Of a stretch of DNA of 64,000 nt, positions 1 through 17,974 are shown piece by piece. The stretch comes from Neocallimastix sp. 'constans' (Eukaryota), in the NCBI GenBank assembly GCA_050613775.1, contig JBODTK010000101.1, positions 186,001 to 250,000 of the forward strand, read 5' to 3'. Position 1 is the stretch's first letter. Every line of letters begins with the position of its first letter. A model generated the notes under the pieces. It saw nothing but the letters and a program-made list of their open reading frames with translations. It was not told where the DNA came from and did no database searches. The position numbers were made by a program, and so were the translations under genes.

Positions 1-34
1 AATAATAATAATAATTTATGTATTTAATAAATAG

Positions 35-1387
35 ACAAGCAACTATTTTAAGTTCAATAATTTTCATATATGCAATTACGTCAATGATTGGAGGTTATTA
101 TAGTGGTAGTTTCTTTGCAAAATATGGTGGAAGAAGTTGGATTAAAAATATGTTTTTAACTTCATGTCTTTTCCCATTTATTATTGGTGGTGTAACTCTT
201 ATAATAAACTTCATTGCTATATATTATCAAAGTTCGAGAGCTATTCCATTTGGTTCTATGGTATTACTATTTTAAATAATTAGAATCAATAGAAATATAT
301 ATATATATATATATATAATTCATATTTATATATTTTAATGTTAATATATTATTTATTTATTTGTTATTATTATTATTATTTATTTATTATTATTGATGTT
401 AACTTTAATAGATGACCATTTTTGCTATATGGCTATTTGTAATTTTCCCACTGACATTATTTGGTACTATTATTGGAAGAAACTTTGCTGGTAATCCAAA
501 TAACCCATGCAGAGTTAATTTGATTCCAAGACCAATTCCAGAAAGACCATTGTAATTATAAATTTTATATTTAAAATTTATATATCATTATTATAAATAT
601 TTATAGATTTAAGTTCATAATAATGTAATAATATAATTAACTAAATTTATATAAACATTATTTAAAAATAGTTATTATCGTCCACTAACATTGATTTTAT
701 TATCTGGTATATTGCCATTTGCTTCCATCTTAATTGAAATATTTTTCCTTTATTCTTCCTTCTGGGCTTATAAGATCTATTCTGTTTATGGTGTTATGCT
801 TATAATATTGCTCATTTTATGTATTTTAACTGCTTGTGTATCAATTATTTCAACATTCTTGTTATTAAATGCCGAAGATCATAGATGGTAAATATTATTA
901 AATATATTAATTAAATATTTAATTATCTAGTAACATATTCATATTTTATATTTATTAGGCCATGGACATCTTTCTTTTCTGGTGCTTCGACTGTTATTTA
1001 TATCTTATTGTTCTCATTATATTACTTCTTTAAGAAAACAAAGTATGTATAATTATAATAATAAAATAATATAAATATATATACAATTCATTTTATTCAT
1101 ATATATTTGTATTTATAAATTTTTCTAATATATATTTAATAAAGAATGCATGGTTTATTCCAAATTGTTTTTTATTTTGGTAACACTGGTATTATATGTC
1201 TTTTATTAACGTCCATTTTAGGTAAGTTATAAACAATAATTATATATTGTTTATCTATATTTATTAATTTATGAAAATTTATTTCCATTTTCTAATTTTT
1301 AATTGTATTAATGTTTAAGGTACTATTGGTTATACTGCATCTAATTGGTTTGTTAGGAAAATATATACCAATGTTAAGATTGATTAA
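35..1387 (+). CDS. TM9SF3: Transmembrane 9 superfamily (nonaspanin/EMP70) protein, TM9SF3-like; 3' part only (5' end lies outside the window)
   Basis: GT-AG exons 35-260, 412-551, 672-887, 959-1042, 1145-1221 and 1320-1387 join in frame. They encode family motifs [33 protein letters not shown] and [14 protein letters not shown], and end KIYTNVKID* (KxD C-terminus as in TM9SF3). Confidence 0.9.
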
Positions 1388-1860
1388 ATTACAAAAAACA
1401 GAGTCAAATACAAACAATCAAAAAAAAAAAAAAAAAAAAAAAAAATAAAAAGTAGAACAATAGAAATAAAATTAAACATAAATTTAATATCGTTAAATTT
1501 AATATCAATATTATTTTTGTTTCGTATATTCATATATAGATATATGTAAATAATAATAGTAATTATTATTATTATTAGTATTATTATTTTTTTTTTTCTC
1601 ATTTTAATTATAAATTTATTTTTTAAATTAATAATAGTTATAAAAGCGAAAAAAAAATTAACAATTTATTAAAAAAATAAGCAATAAATATAAATAAATA
1701 AATAAATTAATAATAAGAATAATAATATCAATTATAATATTAATATTTTTTTTTTTTTTTTTTTTCTTTTTTAATTTGCACTAAGAAAAAAAAATAATAA
1801 TAATAATATTATTATTATTTTTATTTTTTTTTATAATGAACTACTAAAAGGTTAAGTAAT

Positions 1861-1893
<33 letters not shown>

Positions 1894-2034
1894 AGCTTGT
1901 TTTTGTAGTTTTTTAAGTATTTATATATATTATTTGGTTATAACAAGTAATATAAATTTCAAAAGAAAAAAAAATTTTTTTTATTATTATATCTTTTATC
2001 AAAATTTTATATTTTTATATTTATATTTTGTTAT

Positions 2035-2106
<72 letters not shown>

Positions 2107-2589
2107 ATTCTTGAACAATTTAAAATTACATTTTATATAAAAATTTATCTTAAATTTTAATATATGGGCTTTATTATTATTAATATTTATTTTTTTCTAT
2201 TTTTATTTCGATTTTAATATTAGAGTTTACAATTTTTTTTTATATTATCAATTATTATTATTATTATTATTATTATTTTAATTTGCGTTATTATGTTTAA
2301 TTTTATTTTTTCATAATTATTTATCATTTCTATCTTTGTTGTATACTATTGTTAAGAATATATTTATAAGTTTATCAGCAGATAAGGTTCAGCATTTCAT
2401 ATGCGGCCTTTTTGAAAATACAAGTATGAATTAAGCATATAAGTTTGACAATAATTTTTTATTTATTTATTTATTTTTATTTTGTTTCTATTTAATTCTT
2501 TGTTATTTAATTTTTTTTTAATATTATACTTTATACTTTTATTTAATACTTTTATTTAATATGCTTATAATATAAATTTTTATTTAAAG

Positions 2590-2625
<36 letters not shown>

Positions 2626-2732
2626 AAAAAAGAGGAAAGAAAAGAAAGAAAGAAAAAAAAAATAAATAAAATATTTATACATTTATACATATATTTATAT
2701 TATTTATTTATATTTATTATTTATTTATTTCT

Positions 2733-7327
<4,595 letters not shown>

Positions 7328-8225
7328 TTTTGAATAATATATTTATTCTTTTCAATAATTGGAGTTTTAAAAAAGATAACTTATATATTATTAAATATGA
7401 TATTAAACTCTATGTAAGTATAAAGAATAACAGACAATATTAGATATATAAATAAATTAGTATTAATTGTTAAAAAAAAAAAATTAATAATTAGAAAATT
7501 AAAATTCATTATTATAATTATTAATGTTACTATTACTACTATTACTTTTGTTAATGAATTCCTACATTACATACTACTAATATTATTGTTATAAATTACT
7601 ACTATCATTTATTACTCATTACTAAATTTATACTTTAATATAAAAATATTTTTAAATATAATATATATTTACATAAAATAACTTCTTTATATATATTTCT
7701 ATTTATATTAATAAATATATAAATATAAAAGATAGAAATGTGTTCATTCAAAATTTTTATGTTTTTAATTTTTATATGTAATTTTTTATATTTTCCAATA
7801 AATATTCAGAATACTAATATTTTTGAATTACTTTAATTATTATTGCTATTTCTATTATAAAATGATATATAAACATTACATAAGAAATTTCATTTTAATT
7901 TCATATTTAAAATATGGATAATAAATTTTATTAAATAAATTATGAAGTTTTATATTAAATGTATTTTATGCTCGAGAAATACTTGTACTTAAAATATAAT
8001 TCTTTTTAAATGGATATTCAATCTACTTACTTTTTTTTTTTTTTTAATAATTAATATATATATATAATTTTTATAATTCTATTAATTAATGTTTAATAAA
8101 ATCAATAATAAATAAACTAAAAGGATATGCTTTTATTTTTAGTTTAATGTTAAATATTTTAATAACAATTTCAATAATTAAAGCAATAACTTACATAATA
8201 TAAAGAATTATATATAAAAATATAT

Positions 8226-8267
<42 letters not shown>

Positions 8268-8800
8268 ATATGAGAAAATAAAATAAATTTTATTTATAAT
8301 TTTAATTATTTGATTTGAATATTATTATATTTTTATAATTTTAATTTTTTATATTATATAATTTATTCATTAATTGTATAAATATAGATTTTTATAATAT
8401 TTATAATTATAATTAGATTATATAAATTATTATTACTATTTTGTTATTTATTATTTATTATTGATATATATTTTATATTTTATATATTATTTATTATTCA
8501 TTATTAATATATATACTTATTATTGATTTATATTATTTATTATTTAATATTTATTATGATTAAAATTACAACGATGATAATTATATAAATATATAATTTA
8601 ATATTATTATTTAAATATTAATAAATTATTATTCACTAAATCAGTTTGTGATTTATCTATGTATTTATTTTATTTTTTGAAATAAAAATATTAAAAATTA
8701 TATAAACAGACATATAAATATGTAAATTCATTAAATAATTAAATAATATTTATCATTTTTTTAGTTATATATTATAAGTTTTTTTTAGTTATTAATCCGC

Positions 8801-9421
8801 TTTATATCGAACCAGGATCTATCCTGATTGTTAGTCCGTGGGCTAGCATATATAAGGCTCCTGGTTCGATACCGTCCTATGACCCCTATCCAGGTTTTCC
8901 CCACATGAGGTTTTTACGGAACATGGTGGCCAGGGTTACAGGTAAGTATTTCCCATTATATATATACTATTATTCTTAATATCCTAAGTAATAAAGACTG
9001 GATACTGTCCTAACTGTGGGTTGCACAAGTACTGTCATTTAATATATTTACAAGAGAATTATCATTTGAGTATATGATTTCATGTACCTATGTAGATATA
9101 TTCTACTTGGTGATGTAGATATTCTACTAAATTGCAATCTTTCTGACGTTTATGCAATTACAAAGAGAGCTAGTACATATTTTCATGAGTTAGTTTATAC
9201 AGGCCTCATTTCAAAAGGAATTTAGGAACTGGAGAAGCACTCTAAAAAAATGTACTAGAAAATTCTCAGCAATAATATACAATAATATACATGTCTGAGG
9301 ATCAATGCTGAATATTCAGTAAGGCTGTCCAAAAGGATCAATTCTGCCTATAGGGAGGTATTGTGACTACCTCAATGTTCCTGTAAATGGACGTTACACA
9401 CCAGAAATAAAAAAAAAAAAA
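8801..9421 (+). mobile_element. Candidate non-autonomous retroposon (tRNA-headed SINE-like) with TSD AATCCGC and poly(A) tail
   Basis: GC-elevated ~620-bp island flanked by AATCCGC (8794-8800 and 9422-9428), with an A-tail from ~9409. A-box-like TAGTCCGTGG at 8832-8841, B-box-like GGTTCGATACC at 8863-8873, and a 3' stem-loop GAGGTA/TACCTC at 9355-9373. Confidence 0.55.
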
Positions 9422-10119
9422 AATCCGCCATAAAAAAAGATGAAAGTATAAAATCTTAGAATTAATTGTAATATTATTTTTAAAAAAATTAAAAAATAAA
9501 ATAGACGAATTATTGAGTTAATGGTGACATATTTGTAAATAATATTTTATAATGAAAAATATTATCACTGAGTATTGCTATTGTTAATAGAGCAAATAAG
9601 CTATATTATTGATAAACATACTTTTATATTATATATATAACTTATTAATAAATACATAGAAAATTTTATTGTTTTTAGTGCAAAAAATTATTATTTACCT
9701 TGAATCTAAAAATAAAATATAATTAAATTTAAATCATAAAAAAAAATTATTAGTTTTTTTTTTTTTTTTCCGATTTTTGTATTAAATTTATTTTATTTAA
9801 TTTAATAAATATATAAAAGGATTATTAAATTATTATTATTATTATAATACTATTATTAATAATAATAAATAATAAATAGAATATATAAAGAAATAATTAT
9901 AAATACATTATGTAATTAAGTGGTTTTGTCAAATAGACTTTATGTTTCTGAATTCATTTAAAATATAATTTTTTTCTTTGTTATTAAATTTATCTTTTTA
10001 GAACTTTATATATATATTTTTATATTTAACATTTATATACTAGCATAACTAAACTTTATTTATATTATATTTAAATTTACTATTTACTTAACTATTTATA
10101 GATATTTATAAAAATACAG

Positions 10120-10253
<134 letters not shown>

Positions 10254-12769
10254 AGCAATAAAAGATTGGTTATAGTAATCTTATTAAAGAATTTAATGTT
10301 TCACAAAAAATTAATAATTATATGAGCGGCTAATGAAATGATGAAATATAAATTCTTTAATACAAAACAGAAAATTTGATAAATATATAAATATTTTTAA
10401 ATGAATAAAATGTTGAATATATAAAAAAATTATTTTCCCTAAATATACTATATTAGAAAAAAGTTCAATAAACTATTATTTTCAAATTTTTATACTTTAT
10501 TTTAACATAAAAAGGGAAGGAGTTTTTTATGCGTATTTTACTATATTATGGAATCATTTATAGTAATGTAAATTTGTAATTCGTATATAAAATAATTTTG
10601 TATAGCAAAGATTAAATATTATATTTATTGATAAAATATAATACTTAATTATTATGGTAGATTGATTATTATAATTGATTATATATGACTATAATAAAAA
10701 TTAATTTTTGAACTTTACAGAAAATTTTTATTATTTGTTGAAAATAAATAATAAATAATAAATAATAAACTATAAACAATAAACAATAAATAATAAGTAA
10801 TAAGTAATAAATAAGTAATAAATAAGTAATAAATAACGTAATAAATTATAAATAATAAATAATAAATAATAAATTTTAAATAATAAATAATATAAGTTAA
10901 TAATAAATAATATAAAATAAATCATAATTTAAAATAAATCATAATAATTAATAATAAATTATTTAATAAATTAACAATTTTTTTTTTTTATTTATACGTA
11001 TTTTTTGATATAAAAATATATTTAATAATAATATATTATTATTAATAAATATTAAAAAATAAATAATACGTAATATATCATACATATGATATATTTTTTT
11101 ATGAGTTATGTAATATATATTCAAATATATAAATCTATAAATATAAATCAATAAAAATATAAATTATGTATATATTTACACAAATAATTGTTAACAATAA
11201 ATAACTGTAATTTATATGTGAATTTTTTTTTTATTATATAATTTTTGTGTATCATTAATAAAGATATTTACATGTAATTATGATAAAATCAAAAAAAAAA
11301 AAAAAAAAAAATAAGATTTACTTTTTTTACTTTATTCCATAATATATTATTTTTAATTAATAATATTTATTAATATATGTTTAAACCTAATTTAATCTAA
11401 GAATAAGCGAGAAAAAAAAAATTTTTTTTAATAATATTCAATAATAATTTATTTGATTAATATATTAATTTTTATTATTATATAAATTTTAATTTTTTAG
11501 ATTTTTTTTGTAATTTTTTTAATTATATCCACTATTAGATAATATATATATATATTTTAATTTTAATATAAAATAATAGGAAGGTCTCTTTTCGATTTTA
11601 AAAGAATCGTAAAAATATAGTAATCTAAATTAAATAAGTAAATAAAATACATAAGTAATAATAAGTATGAAAATACAAAAGTATAAATCATTTTAAATAA
11701 AACAATTTATTAATGGGGTTAATATATATAAAAATATATTTTTTTTAAATTCAATAACAAAAACCTGTCAATATAATATTTAATTTTATATTCAAAAGAT
11801 AAAACAAATATAAATATAATTATTTATTTTTTTTCATATATTTAAATATTGCAAATTATTAATAAATAAACAATAAATTATTAGTATTTATGAAATATAT
11901 AAAATAATAATTATTGATAATAAATTGAATTCTCAAAAAATAATTTATATGTTTATTAATAAAAACTAATATATAATATAGATACACTAAAAAAATAAAA
12001 ATTATAATTAAGAAGAAAAATTAAATGAAAAAAAAAATTAAATAATTAATTTAAATATTATTAACAAAAATTTTTAAGTTATTTTTTTATAATTTAAGTT
12101 TGTTAAATCTTTTTTTTATTTTTTAATTTTCATTAATTTAAATATCATTAGATAATAATATTCATATTTTTTGAAAATAATTAAATTTAATTCAATTTAA
12201 ATTTTTTTTATAAAAAGAATAATTTAAATTAAAGTATAAAATAGTATATTTATTTCATATTTTACATTTAACGAATTTATTTTTTTAATATTTAATTTAA
12301 ATAATAAAAATATTATTAATGATATTTTGAATAAACCTTTATATATATATATTTATGAAAATTAATAATTCAGAGAATTTATAAAATTTTCATATTAAAT
12401 TAAGAAATTAAACTGTCATGAAATAGAAAGTTTATTACCATAGAATTTATATTATCTATTAAAGAATTAATATTAGTAATTAATACGTAATTTATATATA
12501 GATTTTAATATAGGAGAAAAAAAAAATAAAATATAATAAATTTCAGAAGTTTTTATTTTATTTTTATTTTTTTTTTTATATTATTCTATTTCAATTAAAT
12601 TTATAATATTTTATCATATTAATGAATTAATATCAATATTTAATGTTTAATATTTATAGATTTTATTATACAAAAAAAAAAAAAAAAAAAAAAAAAATAA
12701 TAATAAATAAATCATAGATACTTTAAAAATTTTTAATAAGAATTAAAACCATATTTTTATCTATCAAAA

Positions 12770-13347
12770 ATGACCGAGGTAGTATATAAAATTGGTTTAA
12801 TATAATATAAATTCTTAAGAAATGGAAATTGTGTATTATAAATCATTTTAAATAATTTTTAATTAATAAAATTTTGCATATATTAATGAAAATAGGATTT
12901 AAAAAATAAATTAGGAACGGAACCTGAATGTTCTAATTTCGAAGAAAATCTTAGAAATTTTATCTTTGATGCTGTTATTTTTTTCTTTAATATTATAATT
13001 AATAGTACGTATAATAAGGGAATAATAAATTACAAGATTTACAAAAATTAATTTTTACATTTTATATATTAAATTAAAAATTTAATAATTAAATATATTT
13101 TTAGTTTTCTTTAGAGATGTACAAACTAGGGGACAACATTATATTCCAAAAAAAGGTCCAGTTATTTTTGTTGCTGGTAATTTATTATAAATTAATATTT
13201 TTATAAGAATAATGATATAATAAATTTATTCATCATTTAACTTAAATTTATTATTATGATTTTTTTATATAAATAATATAAATATATAAATAATTTTTTA
13301 AACATTTTAATATATATTTTAATCTTTATATATATATATGAATAATA

Positions 13348-13402
<55 letters not shown>

Positions 13403-15886
13403 AAAAATAAATAAATAAATAATTTTTTTGAATATTTAAATATATATATTATTTGTAACTTAATTTCAATAGCTCCACATGCAAATCAAGTAAATATAAA
13501 TATAATAAATATAAATATATATATATATGTTGATTTTTAGAATCAATTAATGAAAACTTTTTGAATTTTATAAATATTATATTATGTTTTTTTTGCAGTT
13601 TGTTGATCCAATTCTTTTAATTACAAAAACTAACAGAAGAGTTGGCTTTTTAATTGCACAGTCATCTATGGAAAGAAAATGGATTGGAAGATTTGCAAGA
13701 GCATTAAGAACAAGTTAGTTAATTAGATAGATGAAACGATTAAATATTAATTATAATAAATAATAAATCATTTTTTTGTTATTCTTATATTTATTATATA
13801 ATTTCTGTATATCACATAAATAATTTTTAATTTAATTATAAATAATTATATATTTTATACACAATTTGTTATTTTTCAGATTTTGAAATTGAAAAAATTA
13901 AAAATTTCAAATAATAATAATAATTTATTTCTTTAATTTTTTATTTTACATAAAATTAAATATTTTAAAATATATTTATAATAATAAAAACTATTATAAA
14001 TAGTTCCAGTTATTCGTGCTCAAGACTTAGCTAAAAATGGTGAAGGAACAATTTATTTACCTAGTCCATTAACTGATCCATTACTTGTTCGTGGTTACAA
14101 TACAAAATTTTTAAGTACTCTTAAACCAAGATATAGATTATCTTTACCAAATAAATGTATGGCTGAAGTTGAATCTATTGTTTCTGATACTGAACTTGTT
14201 TTAAAGTATCCATTTGAAAATGGTGTTGAACTTTTAACCCAAGAAAAAGGTAGTAAATACAGATTTGCTCCATTTGTTGATCAACATATTGTTTATAGTA
14301 AAGTTTTTAATCGTCTTAACAATAATAAATGTATTGGTATTTTCCCAGAAGGAGGTTCTCATGATCGTTCTACTTTCTTGCCACTTAAGGCAGGTGTTAC
14401 TATTATGGCTTTAGGTGCAATGTGTGAATATCCTGGTTTAAAGGTTACTGTTATTCCTGTTGGTTTGAATTACTTCCATCCAAATAAATTTAGATCTAGA
14501 GCTGTAGTAGAATTTGGTAAACCAATTGAAATTCCTCAAGAATTAATTGAACAATATAAATTGGGAGGTATTCATAAACGTGAAGCTTGTTCTACTCTTT
14601 TGGAATCTATCTATAATAGTTTACTTACCGTTACTGTTACTGCTCCAGATTATGAAACATTAATGGTAATTCAAGCTGCAAGAAGACTTTACAATCCACT
14701 TCATAAGAAACTTAACTATAATAATACACTTGAACTTACTAGAAGATTAACAGCTGGTTATATTGCTTTTAAGGATGTTGATGAAGTTAAAGCTCTTACA
14801 TCTAAGGTTATTGCTTATAATGAAAAATTAAATTACTATGGTTTAAGAGATCATCAAGTTCATACCACTTCCATTGGAAGATATGATGCTTTCCTTATCT
14901 TATGTATTCGTTTCTTCTATTTCTTACTAATGTTTATTATTTCATTCCCAGGTTTTATTTTGAATCTTCCAATTCTAGTTATTACCTCAGTTTACAGTAA
15001 GAAGAAGGCAAAGGAAGCCAAGGCTAAGTCTACAGTTAAGATTAATGCTATTGATGTAATTGCTACTTGGAAGATTCTTGTTACTTTGGGTATTTGCCCA
15101 TTAATATATATTATTTATTCTCTTATTGCTGTAAATATCTATATTAAGTCTACTCCAAACCCAACTTCGTTCCTTCAAGATGTTAGCGTTTTCTTTAAAG
15201 CTTTAACTTTTATTCCATTTATCTCTTACTTAAGTATTCGTTTTGGTGAAACCGGTATTGATTTATATAAGTCATTACAACCTCTCTTTTTAGCCTGTCT
15301 TCCAAGCGGTAGAAAAGAAACTGAAAAACTTCGAAATGAGCGTTTAAATCTTCAACGTGAAATTAATGCATTAATTGATGAATATGGTCCTAAACTTATT
15401 GAAAACTTTGATTCTATTAGATTAGTTAGTAAGGATGAAGCTAAAGAAAGCGCTGAATTTGGTGAAAAATTAGATTTAGGTGAAGTTAGTTTAAGTACTA
15501 GAAAGCGTATCTTTGATAATATTAATCGTAGAATTTGGTATAGAGGTGGAAATGTTAGTGCTACTGAAGCTGAAGAAGAAGAGGTTGGTGATGATGAAGA
15601 AGTCGGTGGTGGTTTTTCTGTTTCTTCTGGTGAAGAAGATGATGATGTTCCACACCATGAGGGATTATTAAAATCATATCGTAAGAAGTTACGTAGAAGA
15701 ATTAGAGAAACTAAGTATAATAGAGTAGATACCAATAATACTGATGTTGAAGAATACACAACTAAATTTTCAAAGTCAAAGAGAGAAAATATATTACAAA
15801 AGATTAAAAATGAAGAAAATTATAATGATTCTGATGGTGGTTTATCCTCATATGCTACATCATTCCGTACCAAGAAATATAATTAA
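12770..15886 (+). CDS. SCT1: Glycerol-3-phosphate/DHAP sn-1 acyltransferase (fungal Sct1/Gpt2 family), 6 coding exons
   Basis: Exons 12770-12778 (MTE), ~12896-13004, ~13105-13176, 13473-13489, 13599-13713 and 14004-15886. Acyltransferase motifs GPVIFVAAPHANQFVDP (HxxxxD), IPVIRAQD, GIFPEGGSHDR and VIPVGLNYFHPNKFRSR, plus C-terminal TM segments. The 9-nt first exon is less certain. Confidence 0.92.
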
Positions 15887-16918
15887 TTTCATTAAATTGT
15901 TTAAGAAATGTAATATAATAAAATAGTAATAATAATAACTTAATAAAAAAAATCTGTAATGATTATTTTTATTATAACCATAATTATATAATTCTATTAC
16001 TATTATTATTATTATAATTTATTATATATAATAGGATTATAAAGTAAATATAATATATTAAAAAATAATAAGTCTATTATTTTTATTTTATTTATTCTTA
16101 TTCTTATTATTATTTTTATTTTTATTTTTTTTTATTTTTTAATTTTTTTTTATTTTTGTTTTTTATTTTTATTTTTTTTTATTATTTTTTTTTTTTTTTT
16201 TTTTAACTTATATTGTGGAATAGAATATATATATATATATATATATAAATTTAAATATATTCAAGTAATAAAAAGCAAAAACAAAAATATAAAAAACATA
16301 ATAAAACAAACAAACAAACAAACAAACAAACAAACAAAAAAAGCAAAACAAAAAAACAAAAAAAAAAAAACACACACACAAAAAAAAAATTAATGTTATA
16401 TAATTTATATTTATATATAATATTTTTTTAAGTTTTGTAAATATATATATATATTTCATACTTCACATAATTCGTTTAATTATATATAATTAAATATGTA
16501 ATTAAATCAATATCCATAATAAAACAATAATAACTACCAACATTAATAAAATAAAATAAAAAAAAAAAAAGAAAAAAAAGAAAAAGAAAATAAATTAATT
16601 TCTAAATTATATTTTAATATTTATAAATAACAGAATAATTCCATACAAAATAATTTATTTAATATTATATTAATGTTCTAATTTTAATTTTATTTTCATA
16701 TCTTGTTAAAAATATATATCTTTTTTGTTTTTAAATTTTATTTATTGGTTAATCTATATATATTATTATTATTATTATTATTATTATTAAATATAATAAT
16801 ATAAACCATAAATATTTTAATAATTAATAACAATTAAAACGTGTATTTGTTGTAATATATATATATTTATTGAATTTATAATAAATTTAAATTAAAAAAT
16901 AGTAAATAAATAAATAAA

Positions 16919-16949
<31 letters not shown>

Positions 16950-16982
16950 AAATAAATAAAAATAAATAAATAGATAAGTAAA

Positions 16983-17013
<31 letters not shown>

Positions 17014-17018
17014 TAATA

Positions 17019-17969
17019 TTGTTTATACTTAGAAAGGTACATAAATGGGCTAATTTAAATGAAATAGCTTCTGGTATTGAAAAATGTGCAACTATGGTTA
17101 TGAAACCAATGAACTTCCATTTTCCTCCATATTATAGTGATCCAACCTTCTATTTAGGAATGAATTCTATTCCTAAAGTTTCTAGTTATATTTATCTAGG
17201 TATTCCTTTTTCAGATGATCTTTTATTAGAACACATTATATCTCATATACATTTTAAAGTTAGAAAATCCCTTCTTTCATTTACACGTTTCTTTTCAAAT
17301 AAACTTTTATTCCTATTGTATACAAGAAAAAAGTTCTTCAATCCTTTGTAACTAGTAAAGCTATTTATTATTCTCCTCTACTTGGTTCAAACAAATTTAG
17401 AATGGCTAGAATTCAAACATTAATTAATACTGGTCTATTTTGGTGTATCGATTCCTTTTCTAAAAAAGTAACACAAATTCTGAAAACAATGACTATTTCA
17501 GACATAATTCTACTATGAGTACTTAAGCTTTATCTCGGTATCCCTCCTATTGCTGGTATCTGCGCAGTCTTACAAGTTAAATCGTTTTCAAAATGGAGTA
17601 AATCTAACTGTATTATAAAAGATCATCATTTATTCATACGAAGAATGAATCTCACCTTAGTAGTTCAATAAATGATGAATCCGGGGAGAGTTTAGTGGAC
17701 ACCACATTATCTATTTTAAAGATGTTATTTCTAGGTTTTATTATCTTTTTATTTGGTAGGAGGGAGAATTCTCTCATAGTCCAACTTGCCAAAATACATA
17801 GTATTTTTGAGCTTTTTTATTTTTTATTTTTTATTTTTTTAAACTTTTATTTCTTTTATTTGTATTTTCAATTTCAAATGTACTTTATACTTACATGTAT
17901 TTTTTATAATAAAATTAATTAAATTATGGAAGTACATTCTCTTCCCAGTCTAAAAAAAGAAAAAAAAAA
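17019..17969 (+). mobile_element. 5'-truncated, frameshifted non-LTR retrotransposon (LINE) remnant with 3' UTR and poly(A)
   Basis: RT C-terminal/thumb-like peptide KWANLNEIASGIEKCATM...IPKVSSYIYLGIPF. After frameshifts it continues as IPIVYKKKVLQSFVTSKAIYYSPLLGSNK and GIPPIAGICAVLQVK. Ends TCTTCCCAGTCT followed by an A-rich tail at 17952-17969. Confidence 0.75.
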
Positions 17970-17974
17970 TTTTA

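Noticed and set aside
2375..2415. Small GC island whose minus strand begins AAAAAGGCCGC, reminiscent of the U11 snRNA 5' end, with two CTGA words
   Set aside because: No Sm site, U11 stem-loops or C box follows; probably 3' UTR sequence between convergent genes.
8800..8949. Minus strand starts ATACTTACCTG like U1 snRNA
   Set aside because: It lacks the U1 stem-loop I (GATCANGAAG) and II (TTGCAC) loops and an Sm site; better read as a + strand splice-donor consensus.
8875..8955. Possible HDV-like or hammerhead ribozyme at the retroposon 5' end
   Set aside because: I could not build the P1/P2/P3 nested pseudoknot or find CTGANGA/GAAA cores by eye.
15352..15759. 135-aa antisense ORF within the acyltransferase gene
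   Set aside because: It is a shadow of the Glu/Asp/Gly-rich sense codons and has no independent motif.
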